DNA of 64,000 bases, taken from contig CM000208.1 of NCBI GenBank assembly GCA_000002445.1, positions 3,872,001-3,936,000 on the forward strand, read 5' to 3'. This document shows positions 10,574-21,674 of the stretch, piece after piece. The stretch's first letter is position 1. Every line of letters starts with the position of its first letter. Made by a program: the position numbers and the translations under genes. The notes below the pieces were generated by a model that saw nothing but the letters and a program-made list of their open reading frames with translations, was not told where the DNA came from and made no database searches. The stretch is from Trypanosoma brucei (lineage: Eukaryota).

Positions 10574-11329
10574 ATGCAGACCTTACTGAGACCCCGCCCC
10601 GGAGAGCCCACTCTCTTTGGCCCACCCACCAATCAGTGCACTCAGCTATGGGGTGTCTGGGAAATGTGGTGCGTGTTGCCTGATGGCCACGAAGCAGCAA
10701 CTGCTACACCAAATGTGCGTGGCAGCGGCGCGAAGAAGGGTGGTATGTCCAAGACGAAAGTGAAGAAGGCGACATGGCTTGACCAGGTGCGAAGCATCGG
10801 TCTATTCGACAGTGCTGAAGGGTTCTGGGGGATTATTACATGTACACTCAATCCTTCGCAGCTACCGCCCGGATTTAACTACTACCTCTTCCGGCGGAAT
10901 ATCGCCCCTATGTGGGAGCACGAAGCCAACCGCAGGGGTGGGCGCTGGGTAATGCGTTTCCGCGTCTCTCAACACGATGACAGCCCCGCTACCGCTCTCG
11001 ACGGCGCTGTGGCTGCCGCAGCTGAGGGTCAACTCCCAGTGGATCGAGCATGGGAGGCGCTTTGTGTTGCAATGATTGGTGAGCAGCTCCCAGGCGATGA
11101 AACAGAGATTTGTGGAGCAGTGGTGCGGCGGGCAGAGCGTCGGCGAGACTGGAAGTTAAGCCTCTGGACCCGAACCGCCGCGGACCGCTGCACGCAGGAG
11201 CGCATCGGCTTTTTTGTGAAGGACCTGCTTCATTTGGAAGATGGTTCACTACAGTATTTCTCGCACCGCGAACTAATGCAAGCGAGTGAGAAGGGGAACT
11301 GGGATGTCCCACCCTTGTATCAATTGTGA
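10574..11329 (+). CDS. EIF4E2: cap-binding translation initiation factor eIF4E family member (likely EIF4E2)
   Basis: 251 aa. The eIF4E core FWGII..LNPSQLPPGFNYYLFRRNIAPMWEHEANRRGGRWVMRF (cap-stacking Trp, PMWED-like and GGRW motifs) is present. Its size of about 28 kDa and its neighbourhood with IMPDH and GRESAG4 fit what I recall for T. brucei EIF4E2 on chromosome 10. The symbol is recollection, not proof. Confidence 0.75.
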   Translation: MQTLLRPRPGEPTLFGPPTNQCTQLWGVWEMWCVLPDGHEAATATPNVRGSGAKKGGMSKTKVKKATWLDQVRSIGLFDSAEGFWGIITCTLNPSQLPPGFNYYLFRRNIAPMWEHEANRRGGRWVMRFRVSQHDDSPATALDGAVAAAAEGQLPVDRAWEALCVAMIGEQLPGDETEICGAVVRRAERRRDWKLSLWTRTAADRCTQERIGFFVKDLLHLEDGSLQYFSHRELMQASEKGNWDVPPLYQL

Positions 11330-13026
11330 TGGAATTAACGCGAAGGCCCATGCCTACTGTCTTTTACCGCGCGGCCTTTCAATCGAGAAGGTTTCTAATC
11401 TCTTTTCAGGAAGCGTCCTGGGAGAGAAATGAAGTAATATATTCATAGATGCAGGCACCAGTCGACGACAGACCAACACATGGTCTTCATAGAATTTATA
11501 GAAAAATAGATTACATTTTTAGGTACCCACTTAGAATTGGTACGGCTGGTGAGAGAGCAATCAAGGGTGTTTCGTGCAATAACATCGACCAACAATTTGT
11601 AGAAACGTTTGCGTTCGTTTAGTTTCCCATTTGTCCAGTTGACTAGGAATCATTAACCGGAAGTCGATGTTCTAGTTAGTAAAAATCTGTTGTGTTTTCC
11701 CCAATTATCCGTCTGGTTTGTTTCATCGCTTGTGTCGTGGCTTAGGCCTGTGTTGCCCATACATTCCTACCTCCTTTTTGCCCTTGTGTGCCCCGTACGT
11801 ACAAATGTGGTGGTTGCAAACTACGCGTGTGCGTCCGTTTGTACACCTGCTTGAAATGTTAGGGGGGAAAAAATAGGTTGGGTACCTAGACATTTTCACA
11901 AGATAGCTCAAGAATATCGAGAAGGCTCCGAGTGTAAGACACAGCATTATGTTCAGTCGCCGCGTGGCTAGCTGTTGCCCCATCCCCACAGCCATGTATG
12001 GCGCACTGCACATCAACACCAAGCGTCAGGCGTCCCGCCTCGTGTCGCCACTTGTACCGGTTGCGCCATCACTCAAACATGTTGCTGGGGCAAGTGTAAC
12101 GGTGACGGGTGTGGTACTTGGAGAGCTCTCTACCGTGAGTCTCGCCTCAAACGTGTCGTTGTTGTCTCTTGTGGGCCCTTTATCACAGCTGTTTATGAAC
12201 GGCTTTGCTTCCAACCCAGTCTTCATGCGAGTCATTTCCGATACAATGCATACTTATAGCGTTTTACTTCACTCGGTTAGGGGTGGTGCGGCACCCTCGC
12301 CACCAGGACGGACGAGCGAAATGTAGCGCGGGTGTTAGTATGTGCACACAACTTTCGGGGGCGGCTATTCCCCTTCGGCTTACATGGTGGAGAAGGCGCG
12401 GAGGAAGTTAAGAGAAGGTGAACGAAGATAAGGGCTGTTCCCATAACTTCTGTGGATGCTATAGCCTTGTTCCTTCCCTTTCATATGCAGTTTGGCACCT
12501 GTCGACGAGGTTTGTAGAAAAGGAGGTAGGTGCACGTGGAGCCTATGACGCGCACACATAGGAAGCTGGGGACGACAAGAGGAAGAATAGTGTAACGAGG
12601 AGCAGTGTGGCAACGAAGGCAACAACGGTCAATTGGGGACAGGAGTTTCGTGATAGTTGTTTAAGGGAACGAATAAAACACAGTTCAGACATATATGAAT
12701 AGTTGAGGTTTGTCTTATCTTTTGCCGTTAGCAAATGTCGTGGCATTTCCTCTGTTCTTCACTTCTAACTGCACATAACTGAGTTGGGAGATCACCAACT
12801 CAACTGTATCGGCTGAAAGGTGAGCGGAAGGATAAATTCTTTTGTTGAAGGTTTACGCTGCAAATCATACTGTGCTATGGTTTGAGAACTCTGTGAAACC
12901 CTTAGTTTTGCACTCTTCACGCCCCCGCTTCCCATCACCTCCCGCATTCATGCTCACCAGAAAGACAAAACCTCCCTCCTTGCAGGGCTCGCGAGCAAAC
13001 GGCACGAAGGGAAATAAGAGGTTGAA

Positions 13027-15489
13027 GTGCCTCCGCCCCTTTTGTGGGCAGCTACACTCTCCTACAACCTAGCAATCATGCGTAGATCGGGCAGAGGCAG
13101 TGCCGTGCGGTGGTCCTCGTTATGCAAGTGCCAGTGCTGTTTGTACCGCACGCCACTCGGTGGAACTTACTTCGAGCAAGCGCTGCCTCGGTCGTTGGGT
13201 GCCAGACAGGGAAAGGGCGTTCTCAGTACTGTCAACACGGCATTGTCCAGGAAGGCCCTGAAGCGGCGGCAATCCTTGCCACGGAAGAAGCTCAACGTCC
13301 CCCTCACAGCGGAGGGGTTGAAGGAGCGACTCAAGCAGCTGTCCGCAGAGGAGAGAGAACTTAGTATCAAAAACAACACAGAGGAATGTGATGAACCCTC
13401 ACCTAACGAGTTTACAACCACTCATGAAGCTCGTGTGGCGCTGGCGAGGGTGTTGCACCACGGAGAGAACGCAGGCGAAAGAGAAGAGGTGGCGATGCGC
13501 ATACCCAGTTTCTGTCGTTCCCCGGCTGTTAGTGAGACACAGTCGATTGTAGTTGATGACAAAGAGGGCGATATCACGAATGCCGCAGTCCACGTCGGGT
13601 GCAGCGTGCTCGGAAGTGACCTAGACCACCTGGAGCGAGATATGATACGTGACTACCATCAACGCGGAAAGAAGCTCCCAACGTTTGACAATATCTACAG
13701 GACTTTAGGTTGCGGACGCAAAGGGACGTCGGTGTCAGATACGGAGCCGGAAAATGAAAATTCCAGTGGGGCGATTCAAAGCGAATCTGGACTAGGAGAT
13801 GCAGGGCGAAGGGGGACAGTGGTTGTTGCACCTTCGCACCTTCACCACTCTAGACCACCAACCAAGGGACGAAGTGGTAAAGAGGAGGAGGAGGGTGGGT
13901 ATTTTGATACAAATACGCTACCGGCGGATGCGAATCCACACTTTCCTCCCGGGGCATGTGACAATGAAGTCCTTGCGCCTCTGAGCGGCGGATGTGCAGC
14001 TTCGGAGCAAAGCGAAATAACCGACACTGCTTCCTTTATTCCAAGCAACAGCAGGCTCTCCACGGCAGTTTACGATGCTTATAGGCAACGGCCGGCTGAT
14101 GATCGTCTGGTCGTGCTACGGGGAACTGATTTTTGGGATAACGAAGAAAACCGAGCACGTCTGCAAGAGCTGACGGATTATGCCGAAGAAGACTTTGCAC
14201 GCGAGATGCTGATGGAAGGCGCGATGGACACTAGTGAAGTTGGTTACTCCACCAACAAGGTACGAAAAGAAACGCTGCTGTACTTTCAGGCACACCCCAT
14301 TAACGAAATGATTCAAGAACCGTTTGCGCGCGTGCGGAGCATTCTCCCAAGCGACGGTGGACCGGAAGTACATTTCCCGGCCGATGACCCCGATACAGAT
14401 GTTGATATTCCCACCGCCCAAGCGCGGACCATGGCTCGCGAACTCGGCCTCGCCCTCATTCGGGTAGGTACACTGTATACACCCATAAATGACAGGCGCG
14501 TGGTGGCAGTATGCACTATCGCTGATCATCGAGAGCATATGAGGGACATGATTCGATTCAAGATTAAAAAACTTGGGGTGCAGCGGCCGCCAACAAAGGA
14601 GGGTATTGAAGTACCTTTCCGAGGTGGCACTCATCCCCATGCAGTGCGCTTTAAGAGTATCGGGATTGCAAAGCATCTACTCCTGGGCCATGTGGTGCGC
14701 ATTAATCTCACGGACTTCGGCACGGTTCGTGAAGGCTTCCCCGTCTTTGGGAGCATTCTTGACGAGGTTGCGCGACAGGCCCTCCAACTGCGTGCTTACC
14801 ACACCGCTGGCGTTGTGCGCGCTAACTATAACGAAGTTTACTGTTATCTTTACCCATCAACGGGGCGTTCGCCCAAGTCAACGGTTTTGCATCCCACGCA
14901 AGAACAACTAGCCACAGTACGTGATCGGTGTCTTCTTGAACGAGAACGTGAAGTGTACTTTGATGGCCTATACGATAAGAAGACCCCCCGAGAGCGGCTA
15001 ACCTACATGAGGAAGCTGCAGGACGGCACGGCGTGGGCTGATAGGGACGATGGCCTCTCACTGCAACGCCAGCGTGATATGAAGGTAATGTTGGGATATT
15101 TACCAAAGGGAAATCACGAACTCTACGCCGCCCGTGGTGATGTGAATGTCCCTGCTCCCTTTCGGGCGAGCCACCCCACATCTGTCGACCGCTGGACGCA
15201 CCCACAAGAATCTAACTTGGAGCAGGCGGCGCGTGGGTCAGCTGTGCTTGCTAAGCGGCTTTCCATGACAGTAAGCGAAATGCACGACCGTCAGGAAACA
15301 GCTGAAAACCCAGCAACGTTGGACCGTTTCTACTATCGCATACAGGGTCCAGCCCTGGAGGCTGGTGAGTTGAAGGAGGCTCTAGGATTGAAAGGCAACC
15401 GCAAGCGGCTACCCCGGCGTGCCCCAGGCTGGGCGACGCTGGGAATGGAGAAGGTTTCCCCTCAAGAACCGGGGCACGCGGCCAAGTAG
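13027..15489 (+). CDS. hypothetical protein (kinetoplastid-type orphan), 820 aa; the true start may be the Met at 13079
   Basis: Long uninterrupted ORF in the same orientation as its neighbours. It has a basic Lys/Arg-rich N-terminal stretch (RKALKRRQSLPRKKL) and an acidic middle. I recognised no domain. Antisense ORFs inside it are short. Confidence 0.55.
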   Translation: MPPPLLWAATLSYNLAIMRRSGRGSAVRWSSLCKCQCCLYRTPLGGTYFEQALPRSLGARQGKGVLSTVNTALSRKALKRRQSLPRKKLNVPLTAEGLKERLKQLSAEERELSIKNNTEECDEPSPNEFTTTHEARVALARVLHHGENAGEREEVAMRIPSFCRSPAVSETQSIVVDDKEGDITNAAVHVGCSVLGSDLDHLERDMIRDYHQRGKKLPTFDNIYRTLGCGRKGTSVSDTEPENENSSGAIQSESGLGDAGRRGTVVVAPSHLHHSRPPTKGRSGKEEEEGGYFDTNTLPADANPHFPPGACDNEVLAPLSGGCAASEQSEITDTASFIPSNSRLSTAVYDAYRQRPADDRLVVLRGTDFWDNEENRARLQELTDYAEEDFAREMLMEGAMDTSEVGYSTNKVRKETLLYFQAHPINEMIQEPFARVRSILPSDGGPEVHFPADDPDTDVDIPTAQARTMARELGLALIRVGTLYTPINDRRVVAVCTIADHREHMRDMIRFKIKKLGVQRPPTKEGIEVPFRGGTHPHAVRFKSIGIAKHLLLGHVVRINLTDFGTVREGFPVFGSILDEVARQALQLRAYHTAGVVRANYNEVYCYLYPSTGRSPKSTVLHPTQEQLATVRDRCLLEREREVYFDGLYDKKTPRERLTYMRKLQDGTAWADRDDGLSLQRQRDMKVMLGYLPKGNHELYAARGDVNVPAPFRASHPTSVDRWTHPQESNLEQAARGSAVLAKRLSMTVSEMHDRQETAENPATLDRFYYRIQGPALEAGELKEALGLKGNRKRLPRRAPGWATLGMEKVSPQEPGHAAK

Positions 15490-15779
15490 TTAAAAAATCA
15501 TGTCACGGCTGATTTTTTTTTTGTGGGTAGGTGTGCATTATTAACTTCTGCTTGAGTTGGCTGGTCGCTTCGACCCCCCTTACTATCTTTATCGCATATA
15601 TTGCTCACGTAGTTTGTTAACTTCACTTACCCAAGCGATATGGAGTGCTTTCCTCTTAGTGCTTTACCTCCTTTTGGTCTGTGCATTGAGAACGTTGAAT
15701 TACTCCTTGGTGCTGTCAGGACTGTGGGTTCCAAGGGAAGCACTGGGTGAAGACGACGATCGCAACACACGGCCCAACG

Positions 15780-15942
15780 GAGTGACGCCAGTAGGGAGAA
15801 TTTGTTCTTATTTCTCTTCTATTTCCCTCCTTATTTTTTTTTTCGCCCTCCTCTCCCCTCCTCCTTGTTACTACCGTAGTTGTAAAGGCACCAGAAGGGA
15901 AAAACACAAAAGAACATTACTGACCCTGTTGGAAATTATCCA
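15780..15942 (+). promoter_or_regulatory. polypyrimidine tract / probable trans-splicing acceptor region upstream of the FKBP gene
   Basis: Runs of ttctcttctatttccctccttatttttttttcgccctcctctcccctcctcc precede the ATG at 15943. This is typical of kinetoplastid SL-addition signals. Confidence 0.4.
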
Positions 15943-17220
15943 ATGAGCTCACCAGAGAGCAGTGTGACGAGCTTGGACAGTCAACCTGTTCGCGAGGTGG
16001 AGTACCCCGTCGGTGTGCAAACCGAGGTTCCGGACACGAATGGCGGTCTCTTCAAGACGGTGCTTATTGAGGGAAGCGGGACTAAGCCAATAAAGGGTTC
16101 GAAGGTGACAGTACACTACGTCGGCACGCTGGAGTCCGATGGCTCCAAGTTCGACAGCAGTCGTGACCGCGGGGAATACTTCGAGTTCACGTTGGGTCGC
16201 GGGCAGGTCATCAAAGGTTGGGATCGGGGCGTCGCCACTATGCGGGTGGGGGAGAAGGCAGTTTTGCGCTGCACACCAGAATACGGCTACGGTGCGGCCG
16301 GTAGCCCGCCAAAGATACCAGCGAACGCCACACTTCTATTTGAAGTGGAGCTATTCAGTTGGACACGGGAGGAGGATATTTCCGAGAGCAAGGACAAATC
16401 GATCATGAAAAGCCTTGCTGTCGAGGGTATCGATTACGAAAAGCCTGGATACGAATCCAAGCTGAAAGTTGACCTACGCGTGTACGCGGGGCCGCACAGC
16501 GATGATCAGCCAGGGACGCTGCTGTGCGAGCGGCTCGACTGGGAACTCACCTTGGGTGACACGCCGCTGCCACCCCACCTTGAGACATGCCTCTCAACTA
16601 TGCGGAAGCGCGAATCTGCTTCCTTCCGTATCGATCCCCGTCTTTCCACGGAACACAACGAGGAGTTCAACATATCCCCTGGCTCGCAGCTAACATACGC
16701 AGTAGAGTTGCGTGAGCTCACTACGGTCAAAACATGGATGTTCGAGGGTCCGGCACGGGTGGAAGAAGCAGAGCGACGGAGGGCACAGGGCAATGAGGCC
16801 GTAAGGAGCGGAAAGTTCAGCGTCGCAGAACGGAAATATCGTCGAGCACTGGAATTTGTCGAGGCAGATAGCGGTTTCGGCAGTGATAATGATGAGAGCT
16901 TGGCGAGTGCCCGCAAAGTCCGTCTGGTGCTTTGGGGTAACCTGGCGCAGGCCCTTCTTGCCCAAGGGTCTCACCAGGAGTGTATCCGGTACTGTAACAG
17001 GGTGCTGGAGGTTGAACCAGGTAACGCAAAGGCATTGTTCCGCCGGGCAAAGGCCTATGATGCACAGAGTGACTGGCACGAGGCGAAGGGGGATCTTGAG
17101 ACGATCCTGCAAGCAGATCCACAGAATACGGACGCCAGGGTGCTGTTGCAGCGGGTACAGGCACAACGCAAAGCCTACGAGAAAAAGCAGCGTGAGGCAT
17201 ATAAGAAGATGTTTTCGTAG
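15943..17220 (+). CDS. FKBP-type peptidyl-prolyl cis-trans isomerase with C-terminal TPR repeats
   Basis: 425 aa. The FKBP domain is GSKFDSSRDRGEYFEFTLGRGQVIKGWDRGVATMRVGEKAVL..YGYGAAGSPPKIPANATLLFEVELF. It is followed by TPR-like helices (GNEAVRSGKFSVAERKYRRALEF..AQALLAQGSHQECIRYCNRVLEVEPGNAKALFRRAKAY). Confidence 0.8.
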   Translation: MSSPESSVTSLDSQPVREVEYPVGVQTEVPDTNGGLFKTVLIEGSGTKPIKGSKVTVHYVGTLESDGSKFDSSRDRGEYFEFTLGRGQVIKGWDRGVATMRVGEKAVLRCTPEYGYGAAGSPPKIPANATLLFEVELFSWTREEDISESKDKSIMKSLAVEGIDYEKPGYESKLKVDLRVYAGPHSDDQPGTLLCERLDWELTLGDTPLPPHLETCLSTMRKRESASFRIDPRLSTEHNEEFNISPGSQLTYAVELRELTTVKTWMFEGPARVEEAERRRAQGNEAVRSGKFSVAERKYRRALEFVEADSGFGSDNDESLASARKVRLVLWGNLAQALLAQGSHQECIRYCNRVLEVEPGNAKALFRRAKAYDAQSDWHEAKGDLETILQADPQNTDARVLLQRVQAQRKAYEKKQREAYKKMFS

Positions 17221-17289
17221 ATGTGTGCTATGAAGCGGGTCTTATCTCATCCTGTGACTCAACATTATTTAAGCCACCGCTACATATAT

Positions 17290-17350
17290 GAAGCGACCAC
17301 TATTATTACTATTATTATTATTATTATTATCACTATTATTATTATTACTT
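17290..17350. repeat. (ATT/ATC)n trinucleotide microsatellite
   Basis: actattattactattattattattattattatcactattattattatt in the FKBP 3' intergenic region. It translates as poly-Ile/poly-Leu in the spurious ORFs 17221..17535 and 17288..17509. Confidence 0.85.
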
Positions 17351-19681
17351 TTTATTTCTGTTACCTTAAACGCACTGGCCTTGTCGCATTCCCCTTCCTC
17401 CTTTCCCCTCTTTGGAAGGTACCGCACCTTTATGCGTTTGATAAGAGGTCCGCCACCGTGCAATCACTCTTCTCCACTTGTCTCCCGCGTCTTCAGTTTC
17501 TTTCGATAGCATCTCTTTGTAGCGGTATGCATTAGATCGTATTTACTTTGACGAGGATGAAGTAGCGTGGGAAGGAGAAACGTTGACTGAGTTGTATAAT
17601 TAGGCCAACATCCCCCCTCTTTCCTCCCTGTGATTACCTTACTACTGCGCTTGTCCTGCTTGTGAACGTTATTGTTTACTTGTTTGCTGCCAGATAGCAC
17701 GTGTGTTCAGATGGGGTTGCTGGTGTCTTCGGTTAAACCCAGGAGAAGCTGGCGGTCCGTGGTAGCGGCCGAAAGACATCCACCGGGTGCGTAGCCGTTT
17801 CAAGTTGCACTGTACTGACAGGCCCTACGGGTTCGTTACTGCACTCATGTCTCTTACTTAGCGTGTGGCGCCTCCATAGAGATGGGACGCAATTAAAGTC
17901 GCCTCCGGAGAACTGCCTGCTAGCAGTCCGTTTGTGGGCGCAGAGGGGTGCGGACTATTTGGTGTCTATTGGGGGTACCGTCCGCACGTCAGTCTACATT
18001 CTAAACTTCAAACGGCTGGTCACCACTTCTTCGTTATGGAGTACCGCTAAGCCGGTGGTTTGTACTGTCGGCTCTACGGCTGTTTGATGCTGGCTGAGCA
18101 TCAGGTTACATGCATTGCGACTCAACTGATTCCCGCCCCATATTACTCTTACACCCTCTGCAAGACACTGTGCTGCAGTCGGTGGAAGCCCATCAATGTC
18201 CTGTTTGCCACAAACGGTCTCTTTAAAATAGTCGATTTCGACTGGGTCCCCTGTGAGATGTCACTGTACGTTCCGTCAGACACTTATGGCTCCCTCTACG
18301 GACGTGCAATCATTGGGGGTCGCACTGCACGAACCGGTCACCGGAAATTCGCAAAATGAAACCCCAACCGCGAGAAATTTCGACATTCTGTTCTGCTCTG
18401 TGGATTCCCCCCTCCCCAATTATTACTCTCAACGGCTGAAATCTTGAGTGGATTGTGGAAACCATACTACAAAATTGACCAAAGGTAGGTCCGATACGTT
18501 GAGGTTGCTTGACGAACCAGTGTGGTTCATCTCCACTTGCTACGACCACTGTCAACACCGTCACAGCGGTACCGGTGTGTGTGCGGGGTGGTCTTCGTGT
18601 AGTTGTGGGACGAGCAGTTGTTTTCCTCATTGCAGGTCCTGGGCCCCACGACTTCGTTTGACACGGTGCGGATACTTGAACCCTCACTTGCCTACCACAA
18701 ACGGTATTTAAATTTCGTCTAGCCACCAAATTTACCCACACTAGCAGAACGTGGTAGCAAGCGCTCGGAGCAGCACTTCACCACATGACAGGGGGCGGAT
18801 CATGCTCTTTAAGAAGTGATCAACGGGCGTTGGAAGTGCTGTTGAGGATGTGGATCCTTTTTTTTTTTTAAACAGAATGGACCGTCCAGTAAGTGATCCG
18901 ATTATGAGAAGAGGCCGTGCTGCGGAAGAAACAGGATGGGGGGAAAGTGACGGTAATTTTGTCACCTGAAGTAATCAGTTTCCCTTCCACGTGTTGTGAT
19001 AGATCTTTACGCTGATTAGTCGCATTTTGTACCTCCGCACAATCATGTACAAAGGTATAGTTGATTATCTCTTAATGTGCGTATTTCCCTTTCCCCTCAT
19101 CCTCAGTTCGTATCGTTTGTTTTATGTTGACGATTCTTATTTTTTTCTCCGCCTCTCTTCACGTGTGCCTGCGTCGGGTAACATTTTTTTTTTCAAGCGC
19201 ACTTGGCACCCCTTATAACTAATCACCACGATTACTGTTGCCGGTTCGGTGAAAATAGCTATACGGGGCAATACCTGTTGATAGCGGCTGCAAGAGGTTC
19301 GCCGAAAGGGGGTGGTAGGCGTTTCCAATTTGTGTGCAAAGAAACTCCAAGGACACTTCGTCTATCATACACTGGAGGAGAGCTGTCGCAGCCAGTTCGT
19401 GTTTTGTTTTCTCCGCTGTGGTGCCGCCTTTAGGTACCAGTGATAAGAGAAGTTGGTTGCGTTGGGCCGCCAACTTGTTGTTTTTTCTAGCTTCCTCTTC
19501 AGATATTACTCGTCCGTTTACTCATATATATATATATATTTTTTGTAGCACCTGCTTTTTATAAGGTGAGGCTGGGTAGGGTTTTAAAAGAATAGTTTAT
19601 TATCTTATTTCATTTACCCCAAGAGCACTTGCACACAAGCACATACATATTCAAACATACAGTCACTGACTCCAACTTCCG

Positions 19682-20842
19682 ATGTCTTACTTGACAGAGG
19701 AGGAGGAGAAGGAGCGACAGCGGGAACAGCAGCGCCGCATGTCACGGCAGCAGATCATAGAGCATGTCAAGAAAAATCTCCTCTATACCGCTTTTGATGT
19801 GAAGTGGGTTCCTCACAGCGCCTGTCTCGCCATTGTGGGGCAGTATCCGAACAACCAAGGTGCACTTTCCTTCATGCAGCTCAACAAGGGTGAGCTCACT
19901 GTACGGCATGAGATCCGTACGAAGCTTCCGTTGAAGTGCTGCACGTTTGCCCACAACAGCCGCCAGATGTCCTCAGCTGCTCTTACAATAGCAGCTGGAG
20001 ACTTCGCCGGAGGCCTTTCCCTTTGGGATGTTGAGCGCCTCAGTAGCAGTAGTGGGGACAACGGCAAATTTGACGAGAATGAGGCACTCTTTAAGGCACC
20101 ACGTGCCCATGAGAATATAATCAACGCGGTAGACGGGGCCCAGTTCACCGGCCCACCGGAAATTGCGAGTTGCGGTCGCGACGGGTGTGTGAAGGTGTGG
20201 GATGTTCGGCAGGCTGCGAAGCCGGTGGTGGTATTAAGCCCAGCGGACCCGGCGCGGGCGCGCGACTGTTGGACTGTTCGGCTCGGTAATAGCAGTGACC
20301 CCGACGAGCGGGTAGTAGTGGCAGGGTACGACAATGGCGATGTGAAGCTGTTTGACCTCCGCACGCAGAAGATGCTGCATGAATTTAATGTGGGTAACGG
20401 CGTGTGTGATGTGGAGTTTGATCGACCCGATATTCCCATGAACAAGCTCATCGTCTCACTGCTAGAGGGACGTGTGCGCGTTTATGACGTACGGACGTTA
20501 CATCCCACACTAGGATATGCCTATGTGGAAGAACGCGTCTCGAGTGGAACTGTTTGGTGCAGTCGGGCGTTGCCGCAGAATCGTGAGGTGTTCGCGTGCG
20601 GTGGTGGTGGCGAAGTGACGTTGTGCCGCTATCGGTATCCCCCTGAGCGGACCCTGCGGGATAGTGACGGCGTAGCGAAGGGGATCGCAGGATGTGTGGA
20701 GGAACTGAACAAGGCGAAGGTGGGGGACCAGCCGATTCACACGATGGATTGGAACCGTTCCAAAGAGGGGCTATTAGCCTGCGCATCCTTCGATCAAAGT
20801 ATTCGAGTTATGCTCGTGACCAAGTTGTCGCTCGTACAATGA
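19682..20842 (+). CDS. WD40-repeat protein
   Basis: 386 aa with several WD-like blades (GGLSLWDVER, CGRDGCVKVWDVRQ, GYDNGDVKLFDLR, CASFDQSIRVM). Confidence 0.6.
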   Translation: MSYLTEEEEKERQREQQRRMSRQQIIEHVKKNLLYTAFDVKWVPHSACLAIVGQYPNNQGALSFMQLNKGELTVRHEIRTKLPLKCCTFAHNSRQMSSAALTIAAGDFAGGLSLWDVERLSSSSGDNGKFDENEALFKAPRAHENIINAVDGAQFTGPPEIASCGRDGCVKVWDVRQAAKPVVVLSPADPARARDCWTVRLGNSSDPDERVVVAGYDNGDVKLFDLRTQKMLHEFNVGNGVCDVEFDRPDIPMNKLIVSLLEGRVRVYDVRTLHPTLGYAYVEERVSSGTVWCSRALPQNREVFACGGGGEVTLCRYRYPPERTLRDSDGVAKGIAGCVEELNKAKVGDQPIHTMDWNRSKEGLLACASFDQSIRVMLVTKLSLVQ

Positions 20843-21674
20843 GTGGTGAAACAGGTATGACGACAGTAGGTTACCACAATTTGCAAGTGATGACAAAATG
20901 GAGTGGAGCCATGAGAAACAAGTGAATGGAGAGACATAAGATTAAAAGGGTGTTTTCAACGCTTCCTGCATACGTGTGCACGTGTTAAGCGATGTGGCCT
21001 GCGCTGCGTCAGACTATTTTGTGGGAAACTGCAGCCGCCGCCACCGCAGCTATCTTGACCTTCCTCCGTACAGGAAGCCATCCCTGTGCAAAGGACCCAC
21101 CCATGCTTGGCTGGGGATACAAACAGAGAGGTGCAAAAAGCGTAGCCTTCCCAGAGTTCTTATATATATATATATAGCAGTGGGTTACGGGACGTACTAT
21201 AGGAAACGGGGCTGTATGTTTGTGGGGTTAGGTGGAGTGAAAGAGCTGCACACGCACGCATACACATGCTTGCATGTGCTGTAAGTGAAGCCTAATAGAA
21301 CAGTAAAAGGGATTACAGGTTTGGTAGTGAGGTCTCTGTGGCCACAACCACGTGCTATCTTTCGATTTCTGACTACATGGCCTTATTTCCCATATTATTC
21401 CTTTCCTCTTTTGAATACAGCGTGCGCTATATAACGAAAAGCAGTGACTACAGAGAGAATAAGCGGCTAATAGAGCTACCTGATAAAATTAAACTACATT
21501 TCCATATTTGCTCACCACCCATATATAAGGAGGTGTTAACTAAAGAAGGGGGATTGAATTTACGCAAACGATATATAATAATAAAGCGAGCTTGCACGCT
21601 CCTGGAGGAAGCAAACAACTTTATCCTTTAAGAGGGGACAAAACTGCATAAGACCGCAGCGCAAGTGTATCTAA

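Noticed and set aside
17221-17535. ORFs encoding poly-Ile and poly-Leu stretches.
   Set aside because: They are translations of the (ATT)n microsatellite in an intergenic region.
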